From: Tubiluchus corallicola
Lineage: Eukaryota; Animalia; Priapulida
DNA: 64,000 nucleotides
Reading direction: 5' to 3'
Assembly (NCBI GenBank): GCA_030141605.1
Contig: JAQGDQ010000026.1
Coordinates: forward strand, 1 to 64,000
Below, piece after piece: positions 11,379 through 26,461 of the stretch; position 1 is the first letter of the stretch, and every line of letters begins with the position of its first letter. The notes under the pieces are model-generated. The model was not told the DNA's origin. It was given only the letters and a program-made list of their open reading frames with translations, and did not search any database. The translations under genes were made by a program, and so were the position numbers.

Positions 11379-14300
11379 ATGAGTGCCACACCTTTGGCAG
11401 TCGAAATTGTCTGTGTATTCTGTGTAGCGGTAGGTCTGCTTCATAAATTTGGAGATTGGCGGCGACAGCATTTTATGGTCACCCTAGCAACACTTGTTGC
11501 ATGGTATTTTTCATTCATCATTATCTTTGTTTTGCCACTGGATGTTTCTTCAGTAAGTAGTCTTATCTTTAAAGTACAATGGTTGTAAAGTCTCCTATAT
11601 TAAATGATTGGTTGTTCAGTTTTGTTCACTTACATAATTTGTATTGTATAATGCTGGCCCATTGCTAGAAATTCTTCTTTAGAAGAAGTGTAGGCAAGAG
11701 ATTTGTGGTCTAAATGCCTCTAAATCACTTATAGTGATGAGGTGACATTGATACTGACGTACTGAAGATGAAGACAACGGCGTTATTATAATTATACTGG
11801 TTGTTTTACTAATTACTTTGTTTTTTCCATTCTGCCGTTGTATGTCTGCAAGTAATGTCAACTCCATCAGGGTACTTTATGGTTTTCTTTAACACAAATT
11901 AATCTTTAACACAATTAATTTCAAAAACTGACTAGTGTTTGAATAGTAGTTCCATAATTGTCTAATAGGCTTCATTTTGAACTTTATTTTCCAGACATTC
12001 TATCGACAGTGTTTGAAGGATAGCCCTAGTATAAATACTGTAACTGTGTCGACTGCTATCAGTGAAAATTTCTCTTCTGGTTCGTTTAAAATCCTTTTTT
12101 ACATACAATTCTATTTTCCAGAAAAATACAAACTGTCTAACATTATTTTTTGGTGAGGCTAAGGTTTCAGGTTAATGCAATAAGTTGTAATGCAGGTTTG
12201 ATTTTTATGTATATATATGTGTTTACAATATCAGTTTAAAATTAATCTTATACAATGGATCTTTGAACAAAAAACTTCTAAGCAATAAATTAATTATGTT
12301 TTTTTAGTTAGCTATTCCTGACTAATGCATAGTTGTTAACATGATTCAAATATATGTATACTAAACCCAAAAATTTCAATTAGCTTAAGTTAATATGTCT
12401 TTAATGTATGTTTTTTGTGTAAAATGTTATATGAAAATGGGCACATTTATTTAAAAAGATTGAGAAACATTGTAGAAATATTCATTGCATGTTTCACATT
12501 ATTTATGTATGGTATTGCAAAGAAACCGTTCCTGTAACATTACCAATCAATATGAGTTTATATTTTGAATGTATTTAATTTTCATTCCTGTCAAATATTT
12601 CTAAAGGTTCTACTTCTCTAATGTTTAAAAGTACGCAAGATTCTGCTTGTACAGAACTTGCCATTCTGTATATGGCACTGTATATCTCACTCACCATGTA
12701 ATCAGATGTATGATGCAATGTTAAGCCTATGTTATATGTATTTTTATAATATAAATCTTCTTTTACAGAAAACATAAATGCATCACCTTCATTTCCCTCT
12801 TTACACAGTGCACGTCAGAATGTCAATACAGAGTGTAAAGAGCCTTGGAGTAATGTTAATCATATATTGCCTGATCTCTGGCGTGTGGTTTACTGGACAT
12901 CTATGGTTCTTACTTGGTATGTAAAACATTTTTGCTTATCATTTAGCATCATAATTTTTGAGCTATCGCTGTAAAATTTGCTCATGTTGAAAGCCTTGTT
13001 TATGCTTTCATATTTAAACTTATGAAACTATATCTGTTGTCTAGTGTGTATGACTGCAGGATGAAGACTGTTGTTTATGTTAATGTGACACTTGAGTATT
13101 GAATTATTACTACATTTGAATAAAATGAGTTTATGATTTTCATCTTTTTGTTTTTCTGTAAACGTTGTTTTTTATGTCACTTTGTCACTTGCTCAGTTTA
13201 GCTATTTTTACTTATCAATTTTTATGCACTTTTCATTGTGTATTAATAGTTGTCATGTTTATTAGAGTTGCTAGTCATCGGGTTACCTAAGGTGAACAGT
13301 AGCTTAGATTGAGATGATATGTGATGTCAAACAAATTCGTCAATTATTTGGTTTCTGCTAAAGACATCTTTACAAGATGTTTTTTAATTATTGGCAAAAA
13401 TTTATTATAAAACTAAATTTCTTTTTTCTGTACATCTCTTACTAATTCTCACATATACAAGATTTTCTGCCTTTTGATATTTTTGATTGATTGACATCCT
13501 GTAATTTTTAGGCTGGTTATTCCTATCATGATGTCGTATTCAGCAGCGGGTGATTTTACAGTGCTAGGCAAGCTACGGACAGCAATGATTGAAAATGCTA
13601 TATGGTACGGCAGTTACTTGCTTATATTTGGAGTCCTACTTATCTACGTTGCTGCAAAACCAGATTTGAATTTGGACACGTAAGTATAAATCACTCATAT
13701 GAATTTATTAATAAAAAACTACAACCACAACTGATGCAGTTTGTTTTTCCAAAGATCTTAAATGATGTGGCACACCTTTGCATCTCTGCTTCTCCTCCAT
13801 TCTTATTTTGGCTTCGTTTGCAAAGAAAGTCTGTTCTTTGCTTCATTTTTTAACACAATTCGTACAACATTAGAGTTTATTGGAAATGTGAAAGAAATAG
13901 AGTTGATGTGAGAACAATAGGAAATATTGCATTTGATTTTCAACACTTTGCATTTGATAAGACGTTTGATACTAATAAAACTTCGAAAAAAACTTTAAAC
14001 ATACTTTAAATTTGAATTAAACGAGTAAGCAAATCAAACGTTTATTGTATGTTGCAAGCGAAATCACACTGTCAAACATTTCAATTGCAGAAATTTTAAT
14101 GAGTTATTATAAGAAATTAAATTTTAATTTAAGCAGCTTCTTAATATAAGGTACAAAGACATAGTACAACTTGCAGAGGATAAATTGTACAGGTCAGCAT
14201 GCTTACTGTGATTGTTCCTTAGAAGTGAACCACTAAAAAGAACAATCCTTTCTGCTCAGTTTGTTTCTTAACTTTTTAAAAGAACTGAGTTTTCACTCTT

Positions 14301-17300
14301 CTACAAGTCACTTTAAATGAGTATTTGTTATCAGATTTTTGTGTCTTACAAAACATAAAGAGGGCATCCTTCTCGATTTTCAAGATTAATGCGCAAGTGA
14401 TGCAATTTTTCAATTTATGTTTCACGATATATTCCAACTATAATGTGCGTGTGACGAGCTCCTTGATTTTAGAAGTTCTCATAAATTACTTTTCATTTCA
14501 GCACTGGTTTGATGGTGATATTGGTCACTGCAAGCAATACGTGGGGGTTATTTTTAGTTGTGCTAATGCTTGGATATGGCTTAGTGGAGGTGCCACGTAA
14601 TTTGTGGTACAGTTCAAAGCGTGGATACATGTTGAACAGAATATGGTTTAAGTTAGCCAAGTTGAGTCTTGAAAAGTCAGAAGCAGAAGAAGCTCTCGAA
14701 GATGTTTTGGAGGTAGGAATTGTATTGGTACTTATTAGCGATGACTGTAAACAACTTGTTTGCCATTCATGTGTTTTTTTTTTGTGTAGCAGTTGACAAT
14801 AAGGTTAGAAATTGTGTATTAGTAATTTCTACTTATCTCTGATCTGTAAAAGTACAAGAACTTGTGGAATACCTTCTTTACAGGATGTGAGAAAAGTAAC
14901 TGAATCAATACGAGAACATCACCCTTTGCATAAAAATGTTCAAACCATTCTCTCGAAGGTACGTAATAATCTTAAAATCCTATTGCCATCTAATGAAGGT
15001 CAGCCTGCTGTCTTTTGCTTATTGAAGGTCTGTTGCTAGATTAAACACTCGCAGCATACAAACCATTTTGTTAATTTATTAATATTTCAAGTACATAAAT
15101 CTGCTATGATTATACAAACTGATAAACACTGTGGTTTGCATAGCAAAGAGCAATATCCTTCACTTATTACATCTTTGAACCATAGAGGTGCCTAGCTACT
15201 TCATGCTTGCATTTATTTCTGGAAAGTTTTATGTGCACTTAAAAGCAAGTTTAGATACTGTTTAAGTGTTTAAATTAACTCTCTAATTTCTTTTAAAGTT
15301 GTGAAAGCGGTATACATTTGCATCACATATAAACAACAAGAGAGAGTCTTGATAAAAGATTCTTTTGCTTTGAGCTATTGCTGTTTTAATATCGGCGTTA
15401 TCTTACCTAGAATGAGTCAAAGTTAACCTGTGTAATTAAATATTTCATAGCACATCGGAAAGCACTTAAAATACATTATTGTTGGCTTTCCAAGATTTTG
15501 ATTCTAACATCATACATATTTACAAGACAAACATGTTAATTTACACTGCTCGATGTGTTGGTTTAGATGACTCTAAGTGATTTAACTAGCTATAAAATAA
15601 ATACAAATACGTGATATTTCATTCATATTTAGTGTCCCGATTGGTGGCAGTTACCATTGCAGTCAAATACAACAAGTGGGGTAAGACTTCTAGGCAGATG
15701 CATTCTAGGAGAAAATTGTAGTTGCTACTTACAAAAGCTAGTTTACTAACACTGTTTAACTGTATTTAAGTGGTTAGATCTAACTGTTATAGCAACTAAC
15801 ATGTCTAATGTCTAATTTGCCTAGGTTAAGTAAAAACTTTCAATGTTGATTGCCAAGTTTTTAGGCGCTTCATTAGTTGTAGTCAGTAAGTAACATATTT
15901 CCACTGTTGGCTTCTTTATCTCCCATAGTTCGTGTACACAAAAATAGTTTACATTTTATATCAGTTGCATTAATTCCCCATATACTATACCTTCATAAAA
16001 TGTGATGAATTGTACGAATTTTAGCGTAAATGCATTGATTGCTGTTCCTTACAGAGCTACTATACAACTGCTTCGATAGTTACAAGATGAACAAAATTTT
16101 AGAGGTGCAACTTTTTTATGCTTTTCAAGTGCCTAGCTGAGGAGTCATAATATCACTTTCTTAAATACAAAGTTATCTTTATTGACATTTCTTATAATCA
16201 CCTGACCAGTATGTGCATGCATTATCTAAATTTTGGACGTTTGGGTATTTTTATTGTGTGTCTCCATGTTTGAATAATTTTTTTCAGCCCATTTTAAGCT
16301 AATGAAATGTTATGTGTAAGAATTTGCACCAAACGTTTTTTTTCAAAATTTCTTAATTTATTTAAATTTAGTGGGTTTAGTGACATTGTCGTTTTCTGAC
16401 CGACCGTTGTTCCAAATCAAAAATTCATAGAGAATTTGAAATTAGGAATGCCGAAAGTTAAAAATTGCAATGTTAAACAACTATTGTATGCAGTTGACAT
16501 TTTAGTAGAATTTTTATATTTGAAAATTTAAAAATGCATACTTACAATGACTTACTTGCAACATTTTTAAAACAGTGTCCGGATGATATGCAGAAACGAC
16601 TGAGATCAGTAAATAATGGCACTGCACAGCCTATGGAAGTGCCTAACGAGAAATCTCTGGCTCGTTTGCATAAACGAACTATAATTGCTGTAAGAAACCA
16701 TCATCGTACACAGTGCCAGTGGAACTTGTCTGTTGAAAGGGTATGAAAAATTATTTCATATTAAATGCAGGGTGGTTTATCGCATTTTGCTAGTGATTAA
16801 ATAATTAACGAGTACTACTACAGAACAATTTATTATTTTAAATTGCTGAAATATTACACATCTATCATGCCTTCAAAATTTAGTGTGGAAGCCTCGTGCT
16901 TCGAACAGTCTGCAGTCTTGACAGTAGCAACTTGAAAACTTTGGGATTGTTTTTTTTTCAATTAAATTGAACTTCTGAAGCTTACATGCAAATGCTAGTG
17001 TAAATTTATTTGCACATTGTATAAAACAAGAAAAAGGATATAAAACTCATGCTCAACAAACACATTGGAACTATTTTTAAAGACGCAGCAGGTGCTAATA
17101 TCATTCAAGAACATGCCATTGATTGTATTCAAAAGAAAAGCCTGTGAAGCATCTGCAAGTTAATGTAAGATTACCTTGATTGTAGTTATCATAGTCGTTG
17201 CAAGTATCCCACTTTCTTCCCTTCTATCTCTTCCCACTTTACTAACCCACTCACTCAGTTTTCTTTAATCCTAAAACTTCTCTTTTCACACTACAGCATT

Positions 17301-20300
17301 TCACACTCACAAGATATTTACTTCTATGAACCTGCTGCAGTGCGAAGTATAGTAGCGTCGTGAGTTGTCGTATCATAAACATGTTATTGTTGTATTTCTT
17401 ATTATGTGTTTCCCACTATACTTTTTGTGCTGGTGTGAAAAATAAACTTAACTCATCTTAAAGCGTATTGGAGGATTTTGAGTTTGACTGGAGATCTCTT
17501 CAAGTTGTTATTCTGAACATATTCCCAAGATTGCTGGTTGGTCAAGATGCATGCAGTTTCCACACTAGGCTTACTAGATTCCCTATTAATCCAATAATAC
17601 TTTAATGTAATGAATTTACCTGTACTATTACTCATCGTCTTTGTAACCGTAGCAAAAGCCACCCTTTTTATGAAAATTATTGCTATGACAACTTTGTTAT
17701 CTGTACGAGTACAACGCAAATCTGTTTTAACAAAAAACTATCTCTTGCTACTTATATTGTGAGAACATCCGATTAGCTGAACATTCACCTACAATAAGAA
17801 TTGCAATACAGGTGTGTTTCGTGTTTACAGGCTTTTCATTTGGAGGATGTTGAAAAGAATTCAAGTAGCAATGAGCATTATTTCAAGCATACATTTATGC
17901 CAGAGCGCAACAGTTGTGTAAGAGCAGTTTACACACCTACATTAGGTATGTTTTCAGTTCTCATGATTACATTTGCATTGCTAGAATGAGCAACATAAAC
18001 CTCGAGAACTAATCACTTCATTTAGTATTTATTTTCATACCTGAAACAGTAAAAAACATGCTTTATTGGTATGATAATTGTTGAACTAGTAGCAATTTTT
18101 CTGGTAGAACTGAAAGTTCAAAAAACAAAAAAAATCAAATTCAATCTATTTCACATCCTTGTGGAAATCCACAATTGCAAATCCTCGTGGATATTAAGTG
18201 TTTTTAGTGAATGCATGAGTACATGTGTCTTGAATTTTGCAGTAATTAAAAAGCAATTATAGCTTATTCATTAGTTTCTAATGTCTGTTTATCAGATGTT
18301 TCTATATTATCATTCAGTTTATTCAGTTTTTGTATTTTTCCATTTGTTAGGCTACGGAAATGGAATAAATTTGATTGTTTCATTCCATCGACGACCCTTA
18401 TGTTGAATATCTGAGTTACATAAGTCCCAATGGCATCTTTTAACCATGATTATAACAAAAAAATAGCATAAAATTAACTAATATTGCATTGATGTGTAAT
18501 ATCTGTTTTGACCACATTTGATTTAATTTTGACTGTGGAAATCTCATTGAGGTTTATAAAAACTGGCCAGAAAAGAAAGCATTTTGTTTTGTCCTTATTT
18601 AAAGTTAATCAAATTGTTGTTTTTGTCTAACTGGCAAAGTCATAAACTAAACTAAACTGCATATTTTCTTGATTGCAAAATGGTTTAATCAGTAACTCAT
18701 AGACATAAGCATTGTGCATTTGTTCCCATAAACGAAACTAGACTACATATTTCCACAAATTCACTTGCAATTTCAATTGACAAGAATGAAATCTAGAATC
18801 AGGCTAATATTTCTCCTGCTAAGTAATGAAAAGTTGAGCATTTTTCATAACAGTGTTAGACGGAGCTGTTGCTAAATGTCCCAAACGTACCTGCTTCAGG
18901 GGTGTGTGAAATAACTTGCACACTGATTGAGCAGTAAACGAAAACGATTGACATGTTAGACGTCAATTTCTGAACTCAACTGAGTGGATTTATTAATTTC
19001 AGAATGGTACTGGCAGTGTCTGCTGAGGCCGTGGGTAATGAGGATACTCGCTGTGTTTTTGGCTGTCTTTGCAATCTCTATTACCTGGTCCGAAGTCACG
19101 TTTTTTAACAAGAGTCCTGTGTTGTCAATCTTTGCACAGTTCATACACCTTGCTGCACGCAGCTACAATTATTTTCAAATAGAGGTAGTGACGTGATTTT
19201 TTAGTTTACTAACAAAACTGTGACATGAAAAAATAGTTTAGAAGAAGAAGTCACACATAATTCAACTGAAATATATGTGTATTGAGCAGCTGAAATAACA
19301 AAATTTGCTTGAGGACTATAATAATGTTGATAACTGTCTGTAAACAGTTGATTCTTTGTTGCACAATGAATTCTCTGACTTTTGACCTTTACTTGACCTT
19401 TGATATTTTTGAAATTGACTGGAATCATTGCAATGATTTTACTTTGGTAAGGCCTAAAAAATTTACTTGGAAAAAAGAGTTTTATGCCATACTTTTGAGG
19501 ACCATTCTTCATAATGACCATATTCTCTTTTTCTTATTTGGTTTTTTATTTGTAACGTATTATTAATTTAGATTAAAAACTTTTGTTGTCCAGTTTTCGT
19601 ACCTGATAATGGCCACTGGTAGAATGCTGACAATGTCCATATCCAAAATTCTGTAGTTTTATTTTTAATTTTTTGTGTAACAAAATAAAAAACACCATTT
19701 TATCTAGATATGCACTAATTAGTAAAATTTAGCAGATGGGCAAATCGTTAGCGATGTAATTAAGTCCTATTAAAAGTGTGCAACTGTTTAAATTTGTGTA
19801 ATTTGTGCATTAGCAGATGTGTCATGAATGCCATAAATTCCAAGTTGGAAATGCAGTATAGAACTTTGGATGACTTAAAAATGACAGTGTTAGACTGTTT
19901 AATTTTTTGACTATCTTTTATGTACGTGTAACGTGCCTTGTGATTTTTTTTATTGTTAAAAGTATATTTTGCCAGTCAACGCTTTTTTGTTTTAGATTAT
20001 ATCTTGTGCCACAATTGCATTTCTTGCTGTATGCACTTACTACACAGTGTTTAAAGTAAGAGTGTTGAACTACTATTATCTGGCTCCTTTTCATCAAACG
20101 GATGAATACAGTCTACTGTTTAGTGGCATGTAAGTACTTTATTATTATTATCATTATTATTATTATTTAGTATTTATTCGAATTCAATTATAAATGCAAT
20201 TATGCATGCAGTTCAATTAAATTGTTAGTAGCTTACATAAAAAATTAACACTACACAAAAAAGAAACATGCAATAAATTACAGATGTTAAAACAATTCGA

Positions 20301-23083
20301 TTTAGCGAGCAAATAATGATTTAAAAATTTAATATGGTATCTCATGCAAAGGATATCTATATGAAACACAACTTAGTACGTTGTTACAACTTTTAGTGAT
20401 TTTGATAATTCGTCATGGTGACAAGCTGCATAATCTTTATTGTGAATATTTAGCAAGCCATCACTTCCAAGAGATATCAACATAAGTTGTTTATAATGAT
20501 AATGTTCAATACTAACTATTTATGTAAATACTTCTACAATTTAGCATATCTCTTTATGCTATTTTATTTAATTATTTTCTTATACTATGCACAGAAGTCA
20601 TCTGTTTTAGGTTTTTGTGTCGTTTGACTCCTGCACTGTGTCTGAATTTTCTTGGACTAATTCACTTGGATACACACATTACTGGAACTGCAGATAAAGT
20701 TGAAACAAGTTATACTAAGGTATTGTATCTTAAACTTGAACATGCTTTCAAGAGTCACTTACTATTTGTGATTATTAATTACAATTAGCAATAATGAAAC
20801 TGCGATGTTGTAAAACGTAGAATTAATAGACTTAAAATGCCACTGGCGTATACTTCTTTATTGCTAACAGATGTAACCATGTTGTGTGCACAGTTGCTAT
20901 ATTGCCATATTGCTATTACCGGTAATGTTTACAGTGCTAGCATCGCCATCTATTAAAACTACAATAAATCAGTGTGCTTCTTTACTAAAATGTTATCTGC
21001 AATCATGCCGTGTTGCACATACTGTTATGCAAAAGTGTACTGCTAAAGAACAAATATGTTGCGGTCAAGATTACATCTTGTGCCATGACAGTTATATCGT
21101 AAGTTAAAAATTTGAAGTTTTTAATAAGATTTGTATCTAAATGTTTAGTAAAAAATGCATTTCAAGATTAAAATCATGTTTCTTAGAAGTCTGCTGCATA
21201 AAATGTTGCCATTGGTCTGCATTGTTATATATTACTTAGGATAAAACATTTTGGTAAACATTCTCTGGAATCCAGTGTATTTACAGCAGTTACTAGGCTT
21301 TAGTTGTGAAGGCAGCTAGGTAAATGTAGTATTGTTTGTTTTTGCAGATTATGGGTCACATGGATATAATTTCTGATGGATTTAACATTTACTTTCCCAT
21401 CATGATTGTGGTTCTCTGCATTGCCACATATTTCCATGTAGGCAGCCGTTGCTTACACTTTCTCGGGTTCGAACAGTTCCTTGGTGATGATGACATTACA
21501 CAAGAGATAGTTGATGAAGGGCGGGAGCATGTCAAAAGAGGTGGGTTATTTAGCTTAATGTAAAATTGTACCCAGAAAATTAAAAAGTGATGATATCTGT
21601 TTTTATTATGTATTTGTGCATGAGAGATGTTATGCATTACATAATCATGTTTTGGCAGTCAGTGCATGCTTATGAAGTAAGAGCTATCAACTTCTTGATG
21701 TTTTTATTGAAAGTGGGTAATTTGCTCAAGAAGGTCACTGTATAGATAAATAGTCGTTGTCACCTTAATATTCAAGACTATTGTTAACAAGAGTAAAACA
21801 TTTTGCTTCCTCGTACGCTATTGTGTTACATTTTGTCTTTATATTTATATGAACTTGTAATAGAGAAGAGAAGGAGGCAGAGAAATGAGCATTCCGAATC
21901 TCGACGGAGGGATGTTTTAGAGCGATCTGGTGCTCCTCGCAGTACTTCTCTTCATAGCATTGGCAGTGGTTCTGATACTAGACAAAGAGACGTGTCTTCC
22001 ACTGGTGGGAACAAGAAAGCAGCAGGTTAGTGCTTTTTTGTCAAATAAGTACCAGCTCAAAAGTCTGTACAGGTAGTCATGGACTTACGACCACAATACA
22101 TTCCGGAAAATTGGCTCAATACACGACTTGGACTAAAAGTCGGACCTGTATATCCAAACGGGTGCACCCCTACACACAAGACGTTGTGTGTGTACACGCA
22201 CTAAGTATGGTGGCACATACAGTGAATTTATCAAAACAGATAGCGATTTAAAGTTAATTTGTTTAAAAAATAGAAGGAAAAATGAGTTATACTTGGTTTT
22301 GTATAAGTAACTAATTAAGCTTCAGTTGAGTAGTAAAGTCATAAGTCGTGTAGGTCATTAAGTCGACTGCTACCTGTACCTGAAAACTCACAAATCTAAA
22401 ATCATAGATGCCTGACAGGAGAGTGTAAGCTGACGGCTGCATTATAATTTGTTTTTTACCTTGCTTAGTATGCATTAAAGTTATGCATGTTCGGTTTAGT
22501 ACAGCATGCATAATGTTATTTGGAGAGTGTGGTTGACCTTTCTAGTTATAAACATTTTTGTTTTGTGCCGCATTTTTGCTTGAATGTAAACAAAAAATTA
22601 TCACCCACGACCAAATCAGAATGTCACCACAGCATTGTACAGTTCGTAAAGACAATTAAATTGCATTGCAAATCATTCATGGCAGTTAAAACTTTAACAT
22701 GGGTTATTGTCAATGAAATATTAAACACAACATGATTCAGCTAGTTAATTAAATATTGAATTAATGAAATGGAATTATTAGTTGTTTATTAGCATGTTTT
22801 AGATAGACTGTTTGCCACTATACCACCTGTTTTTATAACACTTCATTTATGTATGTTTTTTTGTTGTTTTTTAGGCATCACTCCTAGTTCTAGTTCAGAA
22901 AATGATCATACTCAGCTGTTGAAGGATGTAGAACCTATTGACTACATGGGTCAGAATGCTGATTTGTACAGTGAATTTAACAAAGAGCCATCTTCGATCA
23001 ATTCCTCATACCAGTCACGTAATTTTCCTACAGCTGGTGCTCAAAGCAGTCGGCCAGTGCGAGGAATTTTTGATGATGTTTAG
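11379..23083 (+). CDS. LMBRD2: LMBR1 domain-containing protein 2 (multi-pass membrane protein), 14 coding exons
   Basis: GT-AG exons approx 11379-11552, 11995-12079, 12769-12916, 13512-13679, 14502-14712, 14884-14958, 16576-16740, 17831-17945, 19003-19184, 19996-20129, 20611-20719, 21348-21540, 21864-22025, 22875-23083. They splice in frame with LMBRD2 motifs [56 protein letters not shown] and C-terminal IFDDV*. Confidence 0.95.
15633..15680 (+). CDS. LMBRD2: Candidate alternative 48-nt LMBRD2 exon ([16 protein letters not shown])
   Basis: tttag| acceptor, |gtaaga donor, phase 0-0, open frame; starts with the same Cys-Pro-Asp as the next constitutive exon. Confidence 0.55.
22070..22376. mobile_element. 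pogo/Tigger-like MITE in LMBRD2 intron 13
   Basis: TA-flanked imperfect TIRs caggtag...gacttacgacc / ggtcattaagtc...ctacctg. Confidence 0.7.
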
Positions 23084-24819
23084 GTGATGCAAATTGGTGA
23101 GGGTTGATCGATTGATATCGCTATGTTGCTATGTTCAGCTAATGTTTATAAAATTTGGAAAGTCAACCTCTGAAATATTTTATTATTGTAAGTGGCAGTT
23201 TTCCTGTCTCTTAACCATGGTGCATTTTCTGGCTCTCTGGAAGTGATAAATTGTTATCAAGCAGCTACACGTTTATTATAATCTTGTGGCAATTATTTAA
23301 GCATCATTCACTTAATCATGCCTTATTTGTACTGAAATCGCTTTGGTGGAACACTTACTTTTCAAAATTTTTTTCAATTATACGTAAGCTTTCAGAGTTT
23401 GTGCATCAAAAAAGTCATTTGCTGAAGGAAACATTTGCCAACACCTGCCATGATTTCAAAAATTTTCAAAATTTGCTCTCAGAGTATTTCCCAGTACGTT
23501 CCCAGCACATACAATTCTTGCTTTAATGATTATAGAGAAATAAATTTTGGTAGAAAATCAACTTGTGCCAAGACAAAAGTTCATCGTGCAAATTTTGTAT
23601 CAGTCTATCAGTCTATCAACAATCCCCTACTATTCAAATAATTTTGATTACAAGAAACTTGCTTTCTGTGTGCTGTTATTACTATCAAGCCAAGTAGTTG
23701 GGTGACTGGGGCTTGTGCATTCCAAGTGGAAAAGTTTATCAATGTAATTAGTTTCTGATAAGCCTGACTGATGTTTTTGTCTAACTGAGATTTATGTATG
23801 TTTTTGATTTTATATATGTGACCAATATGCTTCTTAATATCTAATTTATTAATAAAATTTCCTGAGATGAGGAAATTTTTATTTGTTGCATTTTTGTTCT
23901 GCATGTGCATTAAGACAGTTCAAGAGAATTTTTGCAAAACTTGATTGATTACATTTGCTTCATAAAAATATTTACAAGAGCATAAATCAACAAAACTTAA
24001 TGATGTTAAAACCATTATCTAGTCATTTAAAGTCATGTATATATAAATATAATGCTTGGTTGGGGACTTGGAACTTTCAGTAGCTAAATTAGATTTTCAC
24101 AATAATAACCATTATGCCATTGTCATTTTTCGTTGTATTCATGTATGTTGTGGTGTACTTATTCACAACCGAAGAAACCTAAGAATTTTTGGATTCTCGA
24201 GTCTGTCGCTGCATACTTCGAGTATGAAATGAGTTAATATATTATCCTTATTTATTTTAGTGTTGTTTGTTAATTTTATGTTAATGTACGTAATACACTG
24301 TGTTAGACTAGAAATGTAGCAGACGTTTAACTAATAAAAATATGCTTTCAAACTGCTTTTATTCGAGTATCACTTAGAACATGTACTTCTGAAAAATTTT
24401 TAGTTAATTTTAGGCCTTTGTGGATTTTTTCTCTGTGAATTCATCAGAACTAACAATGTATCCTATCAATAAGTTTGTAGTGAATACTTCTATGAGTGTA
24501 TGTACTGTGCGAAGTTCATGTTTACTTTATTAGTATTGATGACACACACATTCCAGATTTTTCCAAGGTTCTCATGCTGCATAAAATAACTTGAATTTCA
24601 TCATTCCTACAAGTTTGTTTGCTTACAAATAATTATTGAACGTAAAACTTGTATGATGGGTGTCAACTGATATTAATAAATGTGGTGAGACTTAGTTTAT
24701 GTTCGTATTTTTTTATTATTTAACGAGTTGTGATGTATGATTTCAACACTACAAGTTAGTTGTATAATATCGCCATCTCACTTCTACAGTTGTTCAGATA
24801 AAAAAAAACTTGCATTGAC

Positions 24820-25224
24820 GATGCCGGATTAAGGCATTTGGCTTGATGGGCTGCAGCCCAGGGGCCTCCAGAGATTAAGTGAAATTAATGAGACTAGAAG
24901 TATGCCGAATTATCTATTTAGAAAGGGCTCAATTAATTAATATGATGAATAATAATACTCTGAAACTGTTTTCTTGCCCATTATTCCAACTCATTGTTAC
25001 TGCCACACTGATTACAATGACAAAATTTTGTAGGAAATGAGGTCACATCTCCTCCGACAGAGAAGTCATCTCTGCCCTGAGAAAACTTAGTGGTAGTTTG
25101 CCAATAATCTCAACAGGCCTCTGGCTTTCTGGACATCTGGATTAGGTATTCTTAATCCTGGTTCTTGAAGTTAAAAAGCCAGGTCTCACAGTGTGTAGCC
25201 CAGGGCCTATCAAATCCAGCCTTA
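24820..25224. mobile_element. Degenerate hAT-like MITE between the LMBRD2 and AGL 3' ends
   Basis: gccggatt ... aatccagc termini with internal agcccagggg-cc motifs near both ends; TSD not recognisable. Confidence 0.45.
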
Positions 25225-26461
25225 GTTGCACACTGAAAAATGGTTCGTAAAAAGGGTTCAAGAATATGTGCAGGACAGAAATAATCGGCAAAAAAAGATA
25301 TGAAGTGACGTAGGCCAGCGATATGTTCCTATCATGCTCTGTCTAACGTAAACTGTGAAATATAACTTAATCCAAAACATTGTTTACAAAGATTAGTTTT
25401 ACTTTCAGGAACAATACGGAATTTTATTTATTGCTGTAATAGAATCCAGATCAACGTGCTACACCCAGTAATAAGTAATTATTAAAATATTAGTGCCAGT
25501 TCACAATGTCTACAATTAACGAGCTGCACAAGAATAACATGATGAATTAATGGCAATTTATATTTGTATAGCAAGGATTTCTTTCGTTGACATTTTAAAT
25601 TCAGATCTTCTTACAAATCATATACTGTTACTTAACCACTTTACATTGTATACATTTTGCGAACTATTAGCTTGCAAAAAAGTCTCAGTCATTTTGTGCA
25701 ACAAACAACTTTACATAATAAAGCCATTTTCTAACTTTTGTTCAGACGCTTATAAACTGCCAGAGCGGTAATGGTACTTTTTTACCTTAAATGTTCCCAA
25801 GTTTGATAAAATGCATTTGAACACTGAAACAAAACAGACAAAGTTCAAAACTCCAAAAAGCAACAAAACTTAACAAGATATGCAACAACCAATAATGATT
25901 GTCAAGACAAAATTTGACTGAAGCAATAAATGCTATAATTTTATTGCTATTTTAATGAAATCGCGAACAAATTTCACAAACAAATAAACAATTATCAAAA
26001 CCCTATGATATATTTAACTACAGACCAAAACCTGCATAAATATTTTGCTATCACAGTAAACAACATTTATTAAGTTTTCACTAAATATATTATTACACAT
26101 TAAGGATACACGATCGATTTAGCAAGAAAAATGTTAACAATATCCAATCCTTTTAAATGCATCAGTTATAGGTACAAAAAGAAACAGCTGTACTATGAGG
26201 CTTAAAAAAGCAAAATGTCAAATAACACTAGTTACTTATAATGCAATATGTAACTAATATTAACAGTAAAATTTGTTTTATTTAAATAGGGCCACAGCAA
26301 AACTTCTTTAATGTTTGATACCGTTTTTACATACTGAATTGATTTTAATTTCTTCTTGCCTTTAAATGATGCACTGAAAAGCGGATACGGTTAAAATATT
26401 ACATTGGCTAAAGCTAAACCATTTGACTACAATTAACATTTAGGGTCTACTGAGCTAATAT

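Noticed and set aside
12520-12700. Possible extra LMBRD2 micro-exons in intron 2
   Set aside because: Weak or missing splice signals; exons 2 and 3 already join in frame
18850-18960. Possible intronic snoRNA in LMBRD2
   Set aside because: No convincing C/D or H/ACA boxes with terminal stem
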